From a virus (taxonomy: Duplodnaviria > Caudoviricetes): 55,841 bases of DNA. A model generated the notes under the pieces. It had not been told where the DNA came from. It saw only the letters and a list, made by a program, of their open reading frames with translations, and did no database searches. The translations under genes and the position numbers were made by a program. Each line of letters opens with the position of its first letter. The first letter of the stretch is position 1. Of this stretch, positions 55,841 to 55,841 are shown one piece after another. The DNA lies in IMG/VR virus record IMGVR_UViG_3300038460_000023, positions 1 to 55,841 of that record; one strand, written 5' to 3'.

Positions 55841-55841
55841 C
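55397..55841. repeat. 24-bp tandem repeat, about 18.5 copies (runs off the window)
   Basis: CCCAGCGGTGGCCGTTCC plus 6 variable nt. Confidence 0.95.

Noticed and set aside
55397-55841. CRISPR array
   Set aside because: Only 6 variable nt separate the repeats and they recur; this is a coding tandem repeat and there are no cas genes.
1-55841. Amber (TAG) or opal recoding as in some crAss-like phages
   Set aside because: Long genes are intact in the standard code, TAG and TGA end well-packed genes (e.g. MCP and 719-1687), and I saw no suppressor tRNA.

Overview
This window is part of a tailed dsDNA phage genome, most likely from a Bacteroidota host (TAnnTTTG promoter boxes, A-rich leaders) and with a crAss-like podovirus virion module. 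Bases 1-32610 (+ strand) are late genes: portal C-terminus, scaffold-like protein, major capsid, tail fibre and adhesins, four ring-like proteins, muzzle/stabilisation protein, ejection proteins including a 2151-aa LPD38 polyvalent protein, and membrane/lysis genes. Bases 32605-55841 (mostly - strand) are early and replication genes: an ATP-grasp enzyme, a DnaA-C/NUMOD4 fusion, intein-containing DnaB, NinB-like protein, GHKL ATPase, exonucleases and an SSB-like protein. The standout is an integron-like array of 8 gene cassettes at 40669-45784, separated by 8 attC-like hairpins. Each cassette begins with a GTTA 9-mer that is the exact reverse complement of the 9-mer ending in TAAC at its own end. 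The hairpins co-vary in sequence and conserve two G.T wobble positions. All cargo genes run antisense to the canonical attC orientation, and no integrase is visible in the window. A second notable finding is three small basic genes nested in the +1 frame of the giant ejection gene, one matching a recurrent phage 'MPLKKGKS' family. All product calls come from motif recognition and synteny; no searches were run.
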